Made by a program: the position numbers and the translations under genes. This document shows positions 1 through 12,735 of a DNA stretch of 64,000 nt, in pieces (the first letter of the stretch is position 1; every line of letters begins with the position of its first letter). The notes below the pieces were generated by a model, which did not search any database, was not told the DNA's origin, and saw nothing but the letters and a program-made list of their open reading frames with translations. This stretch comes from Amoebophrya sp. A120 (lineage: Eukaryota > Protista > Dinoflagellata). Where the stretch lies: positions 3,058,587 to 3,122,586 of the forward strand of contig CAJINV010000010.1 of NCBI GenBank assembly GCA_905178155.1, in the 5' to 3' direction.

Positions 1-3000
1 GCGAGGACTCCTTTCATCCTTGTTCATGTTCTGCTGTTCCTCTTCGTCTACTTCACCGCCTCCCCGGCGCGCCCCTGTAGTGGTCCTCCACTCCTTCCTC
101 GCATACTCCTCCAGAGTCTCCGCTACGTCTGCGGTCCGCCGAAAATGCTTCGGGTTTTTGAATATCAACGTGTAAAAATGTCTGGGTCTGGAAGATTGCA
201 ACTTGTCATGCTAAATCTATAGCATGCAAAAATCTGCGTTGCATGATTGCCAAAAGCCGTCCAGTTTTGGCCAACTCTGGAAGTAGTTTCTCATGCAGGA
301 TAAGCATTAGAAAGGTCTCGCAGAATCTGTCATGCTAGGTCCTGCATTCCAGACCTTATGGGTCATGGAAAAGCAGCATGACAAGTCGCGCATTCTTCCA
401 GACCCAGACATTTTTGCAGTTGATATTGAACATTTTGATCAAGTTTTTCGGCCCCGTTTGCAGGTCCTCTTCCTCGAAGCAAACTTGCGTGTTGGGAACG
501 TACGCGTAGTCTTGTAAAAGGTTGTAGTTTGATGTGCTGTTCTTGATAATGGAGGAGGTACTTTCATTTTCATCTTGTGATGCTGATCCTGGATAAGAAT
601 TTAATGGCGAGGGCGTGGTGGAGCTCGTGCTGGACGGCGGCGACTGATGATCCTCATCCTTCTTCTTCCCACTGTCCACTTCCGCTTGAAAATCATCCGC
701 ACCAGCTGTTTTATCATCACCAGGATTTGTTGCGCCTTTATCTGATGAAGCAGTAGAAGATGCGACGTGTTTGATCAACACATGCACGTGCAAAAAGTAA
801 TCCTTGGTCCACAAAAATCCGTAATCCCCCGTCCAGGGATGGGCATGCTGCTCCCAGTAGTGCCGGGGGTCCCAGGGGAAGAGTTCAAAACTCGTGTTGT
901 GTCCCGTGGTGGTGTCGTTCGGGTTCTTCTCCTATCCTGTGCAAAAGTATCGTACTTGTAGTAATCGCAATCATGCATTACAAATCTCTTTCCCAAGGCA
1001 AATCGGCATGACAAATTCCATTTGTAATGCTGAGCGAATTTGTATTGCAATTGCTACTAGTACGATACTTTTGCAATTCATATCTCCCACGTTTCCACCA
1101 CGTGTTTGTGCTGAACCGCATAATTCGAGGGTACCCGCTTACACCCGAAGCTATCGTACCCCGCGACCCCCTCCAAAATGCTGTCCCAGCGACGACCTTC
1201 CGGGCGGAAAAACCGCATTTTCAGGTAGTTGTGCTTCTTTTTCTGGGCAGAGGAAGAAGCTGCACCAGACGAACTGGACGACGATGGCATTGCGTCAGCT
1301 TCCGCTCCGTAATTGCCGTTACTGGTGCTAGTACTACCCGTGCTAGCCAAAAACTCGCTTTCTGACTGCGGTTCGCTATCGCTGTCACTGTTTAAACCGT
1401 AGCCACGTAGTTTGAAGCCTCCTTGTTCCTGCTCGTGGTCGTTTCCATGATATGCCTGTTGTTTCATTGCGGATTCGAACCTGTTGAGTTCTTCATCGTG
1501 ATCGTCTACGTCTTGTTCTTCCGGAGGCTCCTCGTCCCCAACATCGGCGGCCTGGGCTCGTTCTTTCGGATTCTTAAACCCGTAGCTTTCCAGTACCTCT
1601 TCCACCCTTTTCACCGTCACTCCGTCAACATCCAACCCGTTCGCCCCGACGTCTAGCATCCGCCCCACCTGCAACAAAGGCTCGGGCGAATACACCATCA
1701 GCGTGAATAAAGACGCGGGTACCGCGCCTTTTTCCGGGTTGCCGACGAGCCAGTGGGAGTTTTTCTTCGTGTAGTACGGGAGGATAATTTCGTCCACAAA
1801 AGTGCACGCGAAGCCGTTGGTGAAAAACAACGATTCGAGTTTTTTCAGCTTCTGCAAGTAATCCTTCTCCGAGTCAAACACGACAAACACGTCGACATCT
1901 TCCCCCGCCGGCACTTTCTCGTCCTCGCGCTGCTCCGCCTGGCCATCATTGTGGACCCGGAATTTCTGTTGGTAAAAATTCCGGTTCAGCGCTTCGCTTC
2001 CGAGAAAGAATCGGAGCAGCCAGTCCTTGTGGTAGTGTTCGTGGTTGCGGATGTTTTTGGCGAAATTGGGGTACAGATTGTTAGTAGGGTTTTCAAGAAA
2101 GTCCAGGAAGGTCGTGAACGGCTTAGGTTTGGTGTTCGGAGCGACGTGTGTGCTAGTCTCATCTGTCGCTCTTCCCGCTGTGTTGTTCGCTTGAAGCCTG
2201 TTTTGGTTGTCCTTTTCGTTGAAGCTTTCCACTAGAAGGCGGAGGAGGTGGTGGAAGGCTGTGATGTCGGATTCTAGTAGGTTGTCGGCTTCCTGCACTG
2301 CAGAACCGGAAGCGCTGCTGTCTAGTATTACTTCATCGAACGCAGGATCGGTTTCGTTACTCCACCAATACCGCCCCAGTGCCCACAGCCGTTCGGAATA
2401 ACGGAGGGGAGGGGGAGGGGGAGTGGTAGTTTCTGACACTGACACTGTAGAAGCAGTTCCGTGGTCGTGTTTTCTTGTAGTTTCTGTTCCTCTCCCTGTT
2501 CCTTCGTTCATCATCTGATTGTCCGCGATAAATGCAGCTTCTTCCTCACTCTGCTGATTATATTGCTCCTCGAGTGAAGATGATGTTGACGCTGGTGCGC
2601 TCGTCGTTCGTAGTTTTTGCTGCTCTGCAGTAGGTGGTGCACCTCCAGACGAAGCGATATCATGCTCCTCAGAGGGCGGTACGACCGCTGCCGCTATGCC
2701 GTACAAATCCTCCACTGTGTCTGCGGTTTCGCTGGAGGGAAAGAAATATGCATTGCAAAAATTGTATCAAAATCGTACCATATGTAAATCGCATCACAAA
2801 TTTTCTGGACATGACAAGAAATGGAGTTTGTCATGGTGAATAGAGTAAGAAACCAGATCTGTCATGCAAGACTGGCATTTAGATTTACACGACCACGAGT
2901 GCGATACTTTTGCAATGCATAAGAAACTACCCTGCAGCGCACTTGAGAACTTCAAGGGCGCGGATTCCACCTCCAAAGCCTATCCCAGGAAAAAAGTGTT

Positions 3001-6000
3001 ACAGTTACACACTTGTAGTCAATTCAGCAACACAAATTTCTCTGCATGAGTGAGAAAACTTGTAATGCAGGATTCCTACTGGAAAACACCTATGAAACGA
3101 GGACTGTATGCGTATCCGGTATGACAGAGCTGGTCTGTCTTGCTTGCCCTGCAACACAATGTGTAACTGTATACACTTTTTTCTTGTGATAAAGCCGGGA
3201 GAATTTTCATTGCTTTCTGCTTCGCGGAGGCGAGAATTTCTGATGCGGGTCGTGAAGCTGAAGTACTAGATGTCGTGGGACCACTGAGTAGTAGATCCTC
3301 GGCAATGACTCCCCCTTCATTTTTGCTTGTAGTTCCCCAGTTCTCCATCACTTTCTGGAACAACAGCGCCGGGTCACTTTCCTCATCGAGCAACACGTCA
3401 AACTTACCGTCGAGCGCCTCTTTCTGCTCCTGTTTCCGCTTCTTCTCCAGCGCTTGTATTCCCTTGTGCAGCAGCTTCCTGACTCTCCGCTCTGCCAGGT
3501 ACTCCAAAACTTCGTCCTCCAGGAGCTTTCGCAGTCGTTTCTTCTCGGTGAGATCTTCTTGATGTGCGTCCTCAGGAGCTCCTGCAGGAGGTCGTGGTGC
3601 AAGGAGTTTAGCGGGATCATCCTCCTGCTGGACGTCAACATCTCCAGTCGTGGCTGCTTGTCCTGACGACGTCCTCGAACCACTGCTATCATCTCCGTCA
3701 AAGGCCACCAGATCCTATCCACAGTAAATTTCCTGTACACGTACAAATGCGGTCCCCGCATGACAAAACTTTGCTTCGATCCTAGTTTAGCATGACAAGT
3801 TTACGCTCCAAATTGGTGAAATTTGTGATGCATCTTGTACATGTATGGGAAATTTGTATTGCATAGATCCCGGACCAAGTGCATGAAACTCCTGCCCCCG
3901 TACCGTAACTTTTGGATCAGCGAACCTATCCACAAAAAAACAACCACCCCCATGATCCATTTTTGCATGAAAAATACTGAATTTCATGCATGTTTCGCAT
4001 GACAAATTGGATGGGGATGGTTGTTTTTTTGTGGATAAAACCCCCTGCGGAGACCCAAGTGATGTTCAACTGTTCGAAGATTTTCTGGGAGATTTCCGTG
4101 CTCTGAATGTGGAAGGCATCGGCGGCGCCGCCACAGAAGTGTCCTGAGTAAAAACGTCACCACCTCCACCGCAGAGTTGTCATGCAGCATCATCAAAACG
4201 GCATGCCTACAAATGTTTCTCATGCGCGGCCACAACATGAAAAGCATTATTCTAATGCTATCTGGGAGCTAGTCATGCACATGCTAGAATCAGGATAAGC
4301 TTATCGACGGTTTCTCATGTAGTGGCTGCACTAGCTTTAATAAACAGGGCGAAACTACGCACCAACGCTTGTCATGCGCAACAGCCAAAACTTGTGGATT
4401 TGTGTTGCAGATTCGCCATCTGGACTATGGGCGGGTGGGGACGTTTTGTTCACCTTCAATAACACATGTCCCCACATCATCGTCGCGGGCGGTGCGATTT
4501 TGTTCCGGGCCAGGTCGATGATTCTTGACTTTTCCTCCTCCTTCATAATACTCCCGATCTGGTCGAAATTCTTCCGCACCTCCATCAGCTGCTGCTCGAC
4601 GCGGTATTTCGTCGTGGTTTCCTCCGCCATCGCGTACCGATGTGCCCCGTATCCACCTGTGCAAAAGCATCGTACCCGTAGTAATTGCAATCATGCATAT
4701 ACAAATCTCCATCCCAAGGGAAAACAGCATGACAAATTCCACTTGTCATGCTGACCGAATTTGTGATGCGATTTCCACTAGTACGATGCTTTTGCAATGC
4801 ATACCCCGTACTTTGCGTAGATATCTGCGTCGTCCCCGAAGCGGTCGTCCGGGTTGTCGCGGGTCGGGTCATCAAATGCAAAAGCATGATCGCACACGAG
4901 TAGAACTCGCATGACAAGTTTGCTCAGCATGATGAGAAACAGAATTTGTAATGCGGGTCCACCTCAAGAAAGAGATTTGCGTTGCACGATTTTCGAGCAC
5001 GCTACTTTTGCACAGGATACGGGTGAAAGTAAGTGGATTTGCTTGTCATGCGGGTTTCCAGAGACGAGGTTCTTGCGACAGAAGTAGTACTAACAGCTTG
5101 AGCTGCTTGCTCCTTCTTCATGTCGCCAACAATTGGCACTTCTGCAGGGCCGTCCGGGTGGCGATTCTTATTGTTCTTTATCAATTTGTCTTGCAAAAAC
5201 CCCAACTTGCCCATGTCCAAATCCAAACTCGAGTCCCGCATTCGAGGTACCATCGGCACAGTTGAGACGGTCACCTCGCTGGTCTGCTCGTAGTGCAACA
5301 AAGCGACGCGTAGCAGCCCCGCTTCCAAAGGGATCTCCCGGTTGATCGCCTCCCAGAACTTCAGCTGTGTCTTAATCGTGGGGGTGGAAGGTTCATGCAA
5401 TACAAAAGCATGATCGCACTCACTCGTGTGGGTGTGAATTGCATGACAAATTTGTCCTCCAAGCACAAAATGAAATCTTCTGTCACGCTGATTCAGATAA
5501 GAGCCTAGAGGACCTGTGTTAATGCAATACTGCGAATTAAAGTACGAGCACGATGCTTTTGCACTCCATAAAGTTGTTTGTACCGCAGCTTTTCCTCCTC
5601 CCACTCCCTTTGCAGGTTATACTCCATTGCCATTGGGTGGAGGAGCAGATCCGGCTGACGGACCACTGGCTTGGTATAAAAGTTGTCGCTGCCCATGTTG
5701 CCCGTGCCCGCGCCTGCTGGTCCTTCTCTACTCCTCGTCGCAAACGCGATTTTGGAAATTTTCTGCCCTTGGGTGGTGAACCTGAACAGGTGGAGCTTAT
5801 CCTCGTCTTCGAATTTCGCAAGAAGTTTTTTCCGCAGCAGGTCCTGGGCGGTTATCGAAACAGTGGTGGACGAGGAACTGGAGGTCGTCGTGGTAGCGGG
5901 TAGTTCTATTCCCTCGGAGCTCGAGGTAGTTCCGGGCAAATGCTCGGCCTTCAGTGCGGGAATCAGGCCCCATTTTCGTTCCAAATCTGGCGCGCTTGAC

Positions 6001-9000
6001 CCCACCCTATGGCGTTCTCAAACGTTACATTCTCAACTGTTACATGAATTTGTCATGCAAAAGCGCCTGCAGCCGGCAGATGATCGAGCTGCTTCGCATG
6101 ACAAATGTTCGAAGGGCTCAACAGCAATTAAAGCTGCGCCAAATCTGTAATGCAAAATGCGCAATCTTCCCCCTTTCTTTTCACTTTTGCCGTTCTTGCA
6201 TTACAAATTTACGTAACAGTTGAGAATGTAACAGTTGAGAGCGCCATACACCCAGCCTTCGGTGTATGGCTCGCCGGTCAGGGTGTTGCTTTCCTCCATG
6301 CGGTATCCCGTTCAAATAAAGTATCGCACGTGTACTAATCGCAGGCATGCACGACAGACCTATGGCTTTCAAGGGGATAGCAGCATCACAAATTGCATTT
6401 TCCTCTTGGCGCAATTTGTATTGCAATGCATACTATTTGCGACACTTTTGCCATGCATATGCGCCATCGCATCCGCGCGTGCTGGATCCATTCCAGCAAG
6501 GTGTCCACATCCGAGCCCTTTCTTACCACGTTTGCCGCGCCAAACGGGCCACCCGATCGGAAGAGCTGCGCGATAGAGACGGCAAAGTGCTGCTCCAGCC
6601 ACCGCCACGTCGAACCATAGATTTCCGGGCCCACGAAGTGCTTGAAAAGCAGATCGTTGTCGGTGTTTTTCCATTGCAGGAGCTTGTCGTGGCCTAGTTC
6701 CGGCGGGATTTTTTCCCGCAGAGCGTCCCCATCCCCCGCGCCAACCGGCTCGTACTGCATCGGGTAGCGGAAGTGTTATCCTGTGCAAAAGTATCGTACT
6801 CGTACTAGTTGCAATTTATGCATGACAAATCTTGTTCTTAAGGTAAAACAGCATGACAAGTTCCAGTTTTCATGCTGAGCAACAAATTTGTAACGCCACT
6901 TATAGTTATACTAGAACTAGAACTAGTACGATACTTTTGCAATGCATAACTGCAGCTCGTGCGCAACCCGAGAGTCCCACTCTTGAGCGACGGTGAGTCG
7001 TGGAGGGTGGACTTCGAGAATTCGTTGCTCTACTTCTAAGGTCGTGCTTGAAACCTCGTCCGAGCGCGCTGCGTGGTCTCCCTCTCCCGCCTCCAAAGGG
7101 GGTGCTTGGAGCAGGTGGTCTTCTACTGTGCTTGCAGTTTGATCGTCCAACAGGCTCAAGTCCTGGCTGTTTAATGCGCTCCGGCGTGTCCAGCGGTTTT
7201 GCAAGTTAGTGTAGTACTCGTGCGCCGCTTGGATGTGATTCAGCACCCCGCTACCGGCCACGACGCCGTCGACGTTTTTCCTTTGCGGGGGAGGTGAAGG
7301 AGCTGTCGCTTCGTTATCTTCGGAAGTAGAGGTTCCCGCGCTTTGTGAGTTTGATGTGTTCTCATGATTCGCAGCAGTGCTAGAACTGCCACCGCTTTTC
7401 GTTCGACTCTTTTCCGCAGCTTCTTCGCTTCTCTTGTACAGTTTCTCCAGTCTGGCATTGATGTATGCTGTGGACAACAAAAAGTACTATCGCTATCGTA
7501 CAACTAATATCCGTGCAAATTGCAAACATGCAAGACAAATAAATCTCTTTCTGGAGGCTGCACATCTGCAACATGTATGAGGCCCCACAGATCATTTGTT
7601 CATCCTGAAGAGTCATGTCAAACACAAACATGTGACGCAGCCATTTCCTAGCACGATACGGATACTGTTTGATGAAGATGCAATGCGTATAATCAGCTTC
7701 TCTCGCAACTCCGGATTCTCCACTAAGTACCGCTGTCGTTGCATCTTCAGTTTTTTCTTCTGCAGAGAATCCAACTTTCTCGTCCGGTTGTGGATCTCGA
7801 GAAGGAGAGAAGGGTCTTCGTAAGGGTTCTTCGGTACGTAGTGGTAGTTGTTCACCCCAGGACCACCAGCAGAGGACAGTGGGGCGGGCGGTATATCGAT
7901 ATTCGCGCTCGTTTCCCTTTCACTTTCATCATACCCCCGCCCTACTACTGCTTCACCCCGACCGTGGCCCTTGGTCATCTCCGCTTGAGTTCCGGCGGAC
8001 GACGAGGGTGTAGAAGATGAAGCGGAAGCCGCCCCGGTTCTGAGCTGTCGCTGTGCTCCTGTGTTCTCGGAGGCTGTAGAAGTTGGTACCTGCACCAGTC
8101 CGTCCTGCAAAAGTTCTTGGGCGATGATGACGTTTTCGACAACGGATACGGCAGTAGTGACGTTCGCGGCCTGACGAGCTCGTCCCAGTTGTCCCTTCGG
8201 ATCATCGATCTTCGCATCCAAATGTTGCTTTCCGCCACCAAGCGCCAAAATCTGGTGGACGGTTTCTCTTTCGCTGTCTCCTCCTGGCAGCCCGGATTCA
8301 GTGTGGTCGACTTGAAGATCATCATCATGAAGAGAGCTGCCTGCCGCTATGCTTATTTCTGTGCCTGTTTTATTGTTCCGCTCGTCCTCAGCTCCACGCC
8401 ACTGACCTCTATTCATCCTTTTCCTTGTTCCCTTGTGGACCGCTTCGCGACGTGGATCATTGCCCCTTCTCAACTTCAATTCCACCCCTTGCCTGATTCC
8501 CGCAAATTTGTCGCCGCTTCCCCGATATGCATTGCAAAAGTATCGTAATTGTATAAATGCATGACAAATTCCCTCAGCATGAGAAAGAAAATTTGTCATG
8601 CGGATTTACCTTGGGAAAAAAATTTGTAATGCATGACTGCAACAATTACTACGAGTACGATACTTTTGCACAGGATATCCGAACTTCGTAATTGGGTTCG
8701 AATAACGAGTATAAATGGCGGCCCATGCACTGCAAAAGCATCGTAGTCGTACTACTATAAATCGCATGACAAGTTTCCTCTGCGTCATCTTCATCATCAT
8801 CATCATCATTGAGACGAGCCCCCTGTGGTCGTCCTCACGGTGAAATTTGTAATGCGGATTTAACTTGAGAAAGAAATTTGTAATGCATGAATGCGATTCG
8901 TACGAGCACGATACTTTTGCAATGCATACGGCCGGTGTCCATCCAATTTGGGTAATCGTCGTCCAGGCGGCCTAAAGACAGTGCCAAAGCCATCAGATTC

Positions 9001-11484
9001 AGGTGCATGGGGTAGCAGTGGTGCCGGGTCACGTTCCACCCGCCGCCGTTCAGAAACCAGGCCACTAAGCCGCCCATCCGCCCGCGCAGTTTCAGGATGT
9101 CCACGCCGTTCTGCACCACGACAGACTGCTTCTGGTCGTGGAAAAGTTGCTTCAGTTTTTCGTTCAAAACGCGAAAGTAGTGCGCAATCAACAGTTGGTC
9201 GACGGCGTGCCTTTCCAGTTTTTGGTTGATCAACTGGCTGATCGCTTCCGGGTGGTGCAGGGATTCGTACAGGGAGGTGGCTTTATGTGAAGATGCAGCA
9301 TCTCCATCTCCTATTTGGCTAGCTGCACCTGCAGTAGTTGATCCTGGGTCAGCAGCACTGAAGTAAAGATTGTTGTAGAAGTCGCTGTCAGCCAAGAACT
9401 CTTCAGCGCCCTCTTGTAACAACCCGCGTTTCCGCGCCGCTTGCACGAAGACTTTGTGGATTTGGTCGTTCAGGGTTTTTACTCTGTCGGAGTGGGTGCT
9501 AGAAGTACTTTGCGGCACTAAATTGAAATTGCTTTCGCTGAAAGCCGCTTTATTTGCCTGCTCCTGATCCACGTTCGTGATGACATCAGCGTGGTCGGTT
9601 TCTTCTCCTAGCGTGGCGAGCGTCGCGTTTCCGACTTCCTCAAAATGTTGCAAATCCGCAAAGGTGTCCCTCTCTTCCGGCAGGATGTACTCGTGCAGGT
9701 TCAAATATGGGATTCTCAAGTGTTACTTTTCCAACGCACTGTCGCATCTCTAGCGTCACACATTCCGCATAGATTTAGCTTCTGTTATTTAGCCCGTTCG
9801 CAAATTTGTCACGCGAAGCAGCTTGACCGTTTGGATCTTGATGGCAGGTTTGCATGACAAATTCATGCAACAGTTAAGAATGTAACGCTTGAGAATACCA
9901 TATCAAGATGTTGCTCAGGAAGTTGAACGACGAGGGTCGATGTTTCTCGACTACAGTTTTCGCTTTCGCCAGCTGGTGGCCTGCACTTCCACTTGCTTGC
10001 GGTGGAGCGGAACCAGCAGAACTCGTGCTTCTTGCGTCTTCACCTCCTGTCGCGGCCGAGGATTTGGATTGCGATCCACCAGACAACGCCATAGCGCCCA
10101 GAGTTTCCTTTTCTAACTTGACCCAGCCAGAGTTTAATTTTTCGTCTTCATGAAACATCCACTCTTCATGCAGTAAATCCGACGTAAATTGGCTGGGACC
10201 GATGTGCGGGTGAATCAGCTTCATCAGCCAACCAAACATGTCCGGGAAAGCGGCGGTTGATTCGGTGGGTGGAGGTGTATCTCTATCTCCTGCATTCTCG
10301 TTTATAATTCCACCGCCCGATGGAATTTCTTTTGCATCTCGCACCAATGCGCCATTCATCTTCTCCTTCTGCCGCCTGGTCCTATCCTGCTCCTGCTCCT
10401 CGAGATGAAGTTTTTCCTTCCTTTTCGCGGCCGACCCGCCGAAAAAAATCTGCTCCCGTCCGACCACACCATAATCCTGCCAACTTCGGTCTGGCACGAG
10501 GTTGTTTTCCGGCAGGAAAATTTCTCCGCCACAGCGAAATTGCTCCCACTCAAAGTTCCAACGGGGAATGGGGCGCAGGGAGTTTTTCTGAAGCAGCTGG
10601 ATCGTGACCGCCATTCGGGCTGAGAGGTCTTGGCGGGATTTGTTTTGTTTACGTTTCTGTTTGTTAGGCTTTGTGTTGAAGTTGTCAAGATGACCCTCTT
10701 TCGTTGTATCGCCATTGAGATTGTCATCCTCATCCACGACCTCACCGCTCGCGGCGCTGCCGCCCCCTGCGCTTCTTGCGGCTGCAGCGAGTACCACGAT
10801 TCCGCCGCCCGGACCCCCGCGGATGAAGGGGCGAACTGCTGGAGCTCTTGACTCATTTGACGCAAAAACAGCGATCTCTTTATGTTTATACGATGCTCTG
10901 CTCCTTCCATTCTCCTGTCCCACCGTCTCCGTCTGATGTGCGCCCTTGCAGCCGATAACATACTCGTGTTGATCGTGTTTGATGGTTTTCGTTCTCTTAT
11001 CTTCTGCACAATACGTCGTCGGCGGTGGTGGTACTTGCTCTCCCAAGTCAAAAAATGTTGACACATCGAGAAACAGAACGAGTAGTGCTGGCACACAATA
11101 GAGAACAAGAAAACAAGTAAAGGGGAACAGTATTGAGGGGCAACACGAGTGCTTGGCCAAACAAGACGAGCCAGATACTAAGCCGGAAGAGCAAGAGGAT
11201 ATAATCCAGGACTCGTAGAGGAGCGATCGCGATGTTCTTCTACTTTTGGTTTTGCTTCCTCCGACGCGGACACGATCCCGCCTCTTGGAGCAGACGAACA
11301 AGTAGACATTCTTGCACCTCCGCGATGATGAAGTAGATGAACTACAGGGTACAACACCAAGAGCTACTGTCGTCCTTCGGAAAATCTGAATGATCTTTTG
11401 CCACGAACTGGAGATGACCGAGGAGAACGAGCTTGGAGATCTCTTACTGCGCTTTAGTCTTGCATTTGTTCGACGCGTCAGCAT
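1..11484 (-). CDS. Very large multi-exon protein of unknown function (3' end runs off window), interrupted by ~17 introner-type introns
   Basis: ORFs 9874-11484, 8835-9719, 7613-8599, 6923-7480, 6386-6760, 5505-6005, 3076-3708, 1078-2715 and 356-814 end at TIR elements. Joins checked by hand stay open (WE|KNPNDT at 933-1082, MF|KNPKHF at 163-425, VRD|LVAFDG at 3716-3865). Hydrophobic stretch near N-terminus; no domain recognised. Confidence 0.75.
163..425. mobile_element. Introner family A (TIR TAT-N4-TGYAAAAATGTCTGGGTCTGGAAG)
   Basis: TATCAA...TTGATA, flanking DR TTGAA/TTGAA; removal restores ORF. Confidence 0.92.
933..1082. mobile_element. Introner family B (TIR TAT-N4-TGCAAAAGYATCGYAC)
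   Basis: DR TCTCC/TCTCC; removal joins ORF 1078-2715 to 356-814 in frame. Confidence 0.92.
2747..2921. mobile_element. Introner family B
   Basis: TATGCATTGCAAAA...TTTTGCAATGCATA, DR AGAAA/AGAAA. Confidence 0.9.
2981..3191. mobile_element. Introner family D (TIR TATC..GAAAAAAGTG)
   Basis: DR AAGCC/AAGCC. Confidence 0.88.
3716..3865. mobile_element. Introner family E (TATCCACAGYAAATTT...TTTGTATTGCATA)
   Basis: DR GATCC/GATCC; frame restored. Confidence 0.88.
3927..4037. mobile_element. Introner family F (TIR TATCCACAAAAAAACAACCA), 111 nt
   Basis: Long perfect TIR; DR GAACC/AAACC. Confidence 0.85.
4145..4466. mobile_element. Degenerate introner lacking TAT/ATA termini
   Basis: Inner IR AAAACGTCACCACC / GGTGGGGACGTTTT, DR TGTCC/TGTCC, TTGTCATGC boxes; removal gives open frame MMWGHFCGAADAF. 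Confidence 0.6.
4650..4803. mobile_element. Introner family B
   Basis: DR CCCCG/CCCCG. Confidence 0.9.
4870..5019. mobile_element. Introner family B (CAT left end)
   Basis: DR CGGGT/CGGGT. Confidence 0.85.
5394..5570. mobile_element. Introner family B (CAT left end)
   Basis: DR AGGTT/AAGTT; homologous copy at 14346-14523. Confidence 0.8.
6008..6248. mobile_element. Introner family C (TIR TATGGCGYTCTCAA..GTTACATTCTCAACTGTTAC)
   Basis: DR CACCC/CACCC; close relative at 27824-28061. Confidence 0.92.
6304..6459. mobile_element. Introner family B, diverged
   Basis: DR TGCGG/TGCGC. Confidence 0.78.
6777..6948. mobile_element. Introner family B
   Basis: Good TIRs; DR eroded (AGTGT/ACTGC). Confidence 0.8.
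7464..7689. mobile_element. Degenerate family B-like introner
   Basis: TAT start, weak TIR, DR TGATG/TAATC; lies between two ORF segments. Confidence 0.55.
8526..8677. mobile_element. Introner family B (opposite orientation to 933-1082)
   Basis: DR CCCGA/TCCGA. Confidence 0.88.
8724..8928. mobile_element. Introner family B with internal (CAT)n expansion
   Basis: DR CGGCC/CGGCC. Confidence 0.87.
9706..9902. mobile_element. Introner family C
   Basis: TATGGGATTCTCAAG...CTTGAGAATACCATA; DR TCAAA/TCAAG. Confidence 0.85.
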
Positions 11485-12735
11485 TATCTAGTACTAGTAG
11501 TGCCTGGCCTGCTACCGTGCCCCTGAGTGGCTTTTTTTTCAGTTTGTGATGATGAGTTTTGTTTCTGAGTGTTCTTCATCTTCACAATACATTTTCAACA
11601 GGGAAAAAGGCGAAGCATCCTCCTGGGCGGATGCGAAAAAAATCGTGGACAGCACCAGAATCGACCGACGGAAGACCAGTCGGAAAGTGGAAATCGAACT
11701 TGTGGAACAAGCACTTTTATAATTGGCCAAACATCCTCGCGTTTCTGCAGCACGATGCTCCTCTTCTTGCGTGATGGATAAAGTAGCAAGTAATTCTAAT
11801 TGTTGTCCAGCAGGATATGCATTTTGAATGGGTGTTATTTTTTTTGATAATGAGAATATACGCAGTCTCGAACTGCACGACACAGGATATGTGTCGATAT
11901 GCTTAATAATAGTATGCATTTGCCGCGCACTAATATTGTATGCTGTAGTTCTGGCGCAGGATATGCAGTCGTGCGGTGCGAGTAAGATAGGACTAGGAGT
12001 CAAAAACAATACAGGTGCAAGTGAAAATCTTATTGGAGAAAGTTTAAGTTTTTAGTAACAGAGGAATTCTAGCTTCTAAATTGCACCTAGAAAATCAGGC
12101 TGGTCGACGTAAAATGGTAGTTGTGTGCGGCAAAATAAAATACTTAAAAAGCGTGGAAATGGATAAAGCTTTTGAACCGCTACGCGTTTGCACTTTATCT
12201 GATTCATATTGATTCTGAATGGGTGCCACTATCTAGTAAACTTCGGATATTCATGGTGGAAAACACGGGGTAACAGGACAGAGTAAACAAACTTGTAGTA
12301 CGAAAAAAAAATCATATGTGAAACTTGTTCGAAAGGGCGGAACGGAAAGGGAAGCTAGGCCGTGGCGGCGAGGTGGCAGTTTATTAATGAAACAAAAATA
12401 TCAAAGAAAGGGTAAGGGAGAGCCTGGATAAAAAAAATTAAATTAAGAAAGCCTCGGAGTGAGACAAGAAACACAGTAGCGTCAATTAAAGCATACATCT
12501 GTTAGACGTTGCCGTTGCATTCGCCATTTTCCTTTAGTCATTCTCGTTGGACAGAAAACCGACTGTGTGCTTGGATCTTTAGGCGAGTAACTGTTTTGCA
12601 GAAAGTGAAAGCCAACGTGCATGTGTGTTCGCTTCGAGATAATTCGCTTTTGGTTCTAGATTTGGCACAAAGCCAAAACCCTGGTTCTTGTAGAACTAGA
12701 AGGTACTTGATCTTGAATGAAGCGCACCTTCTCGG

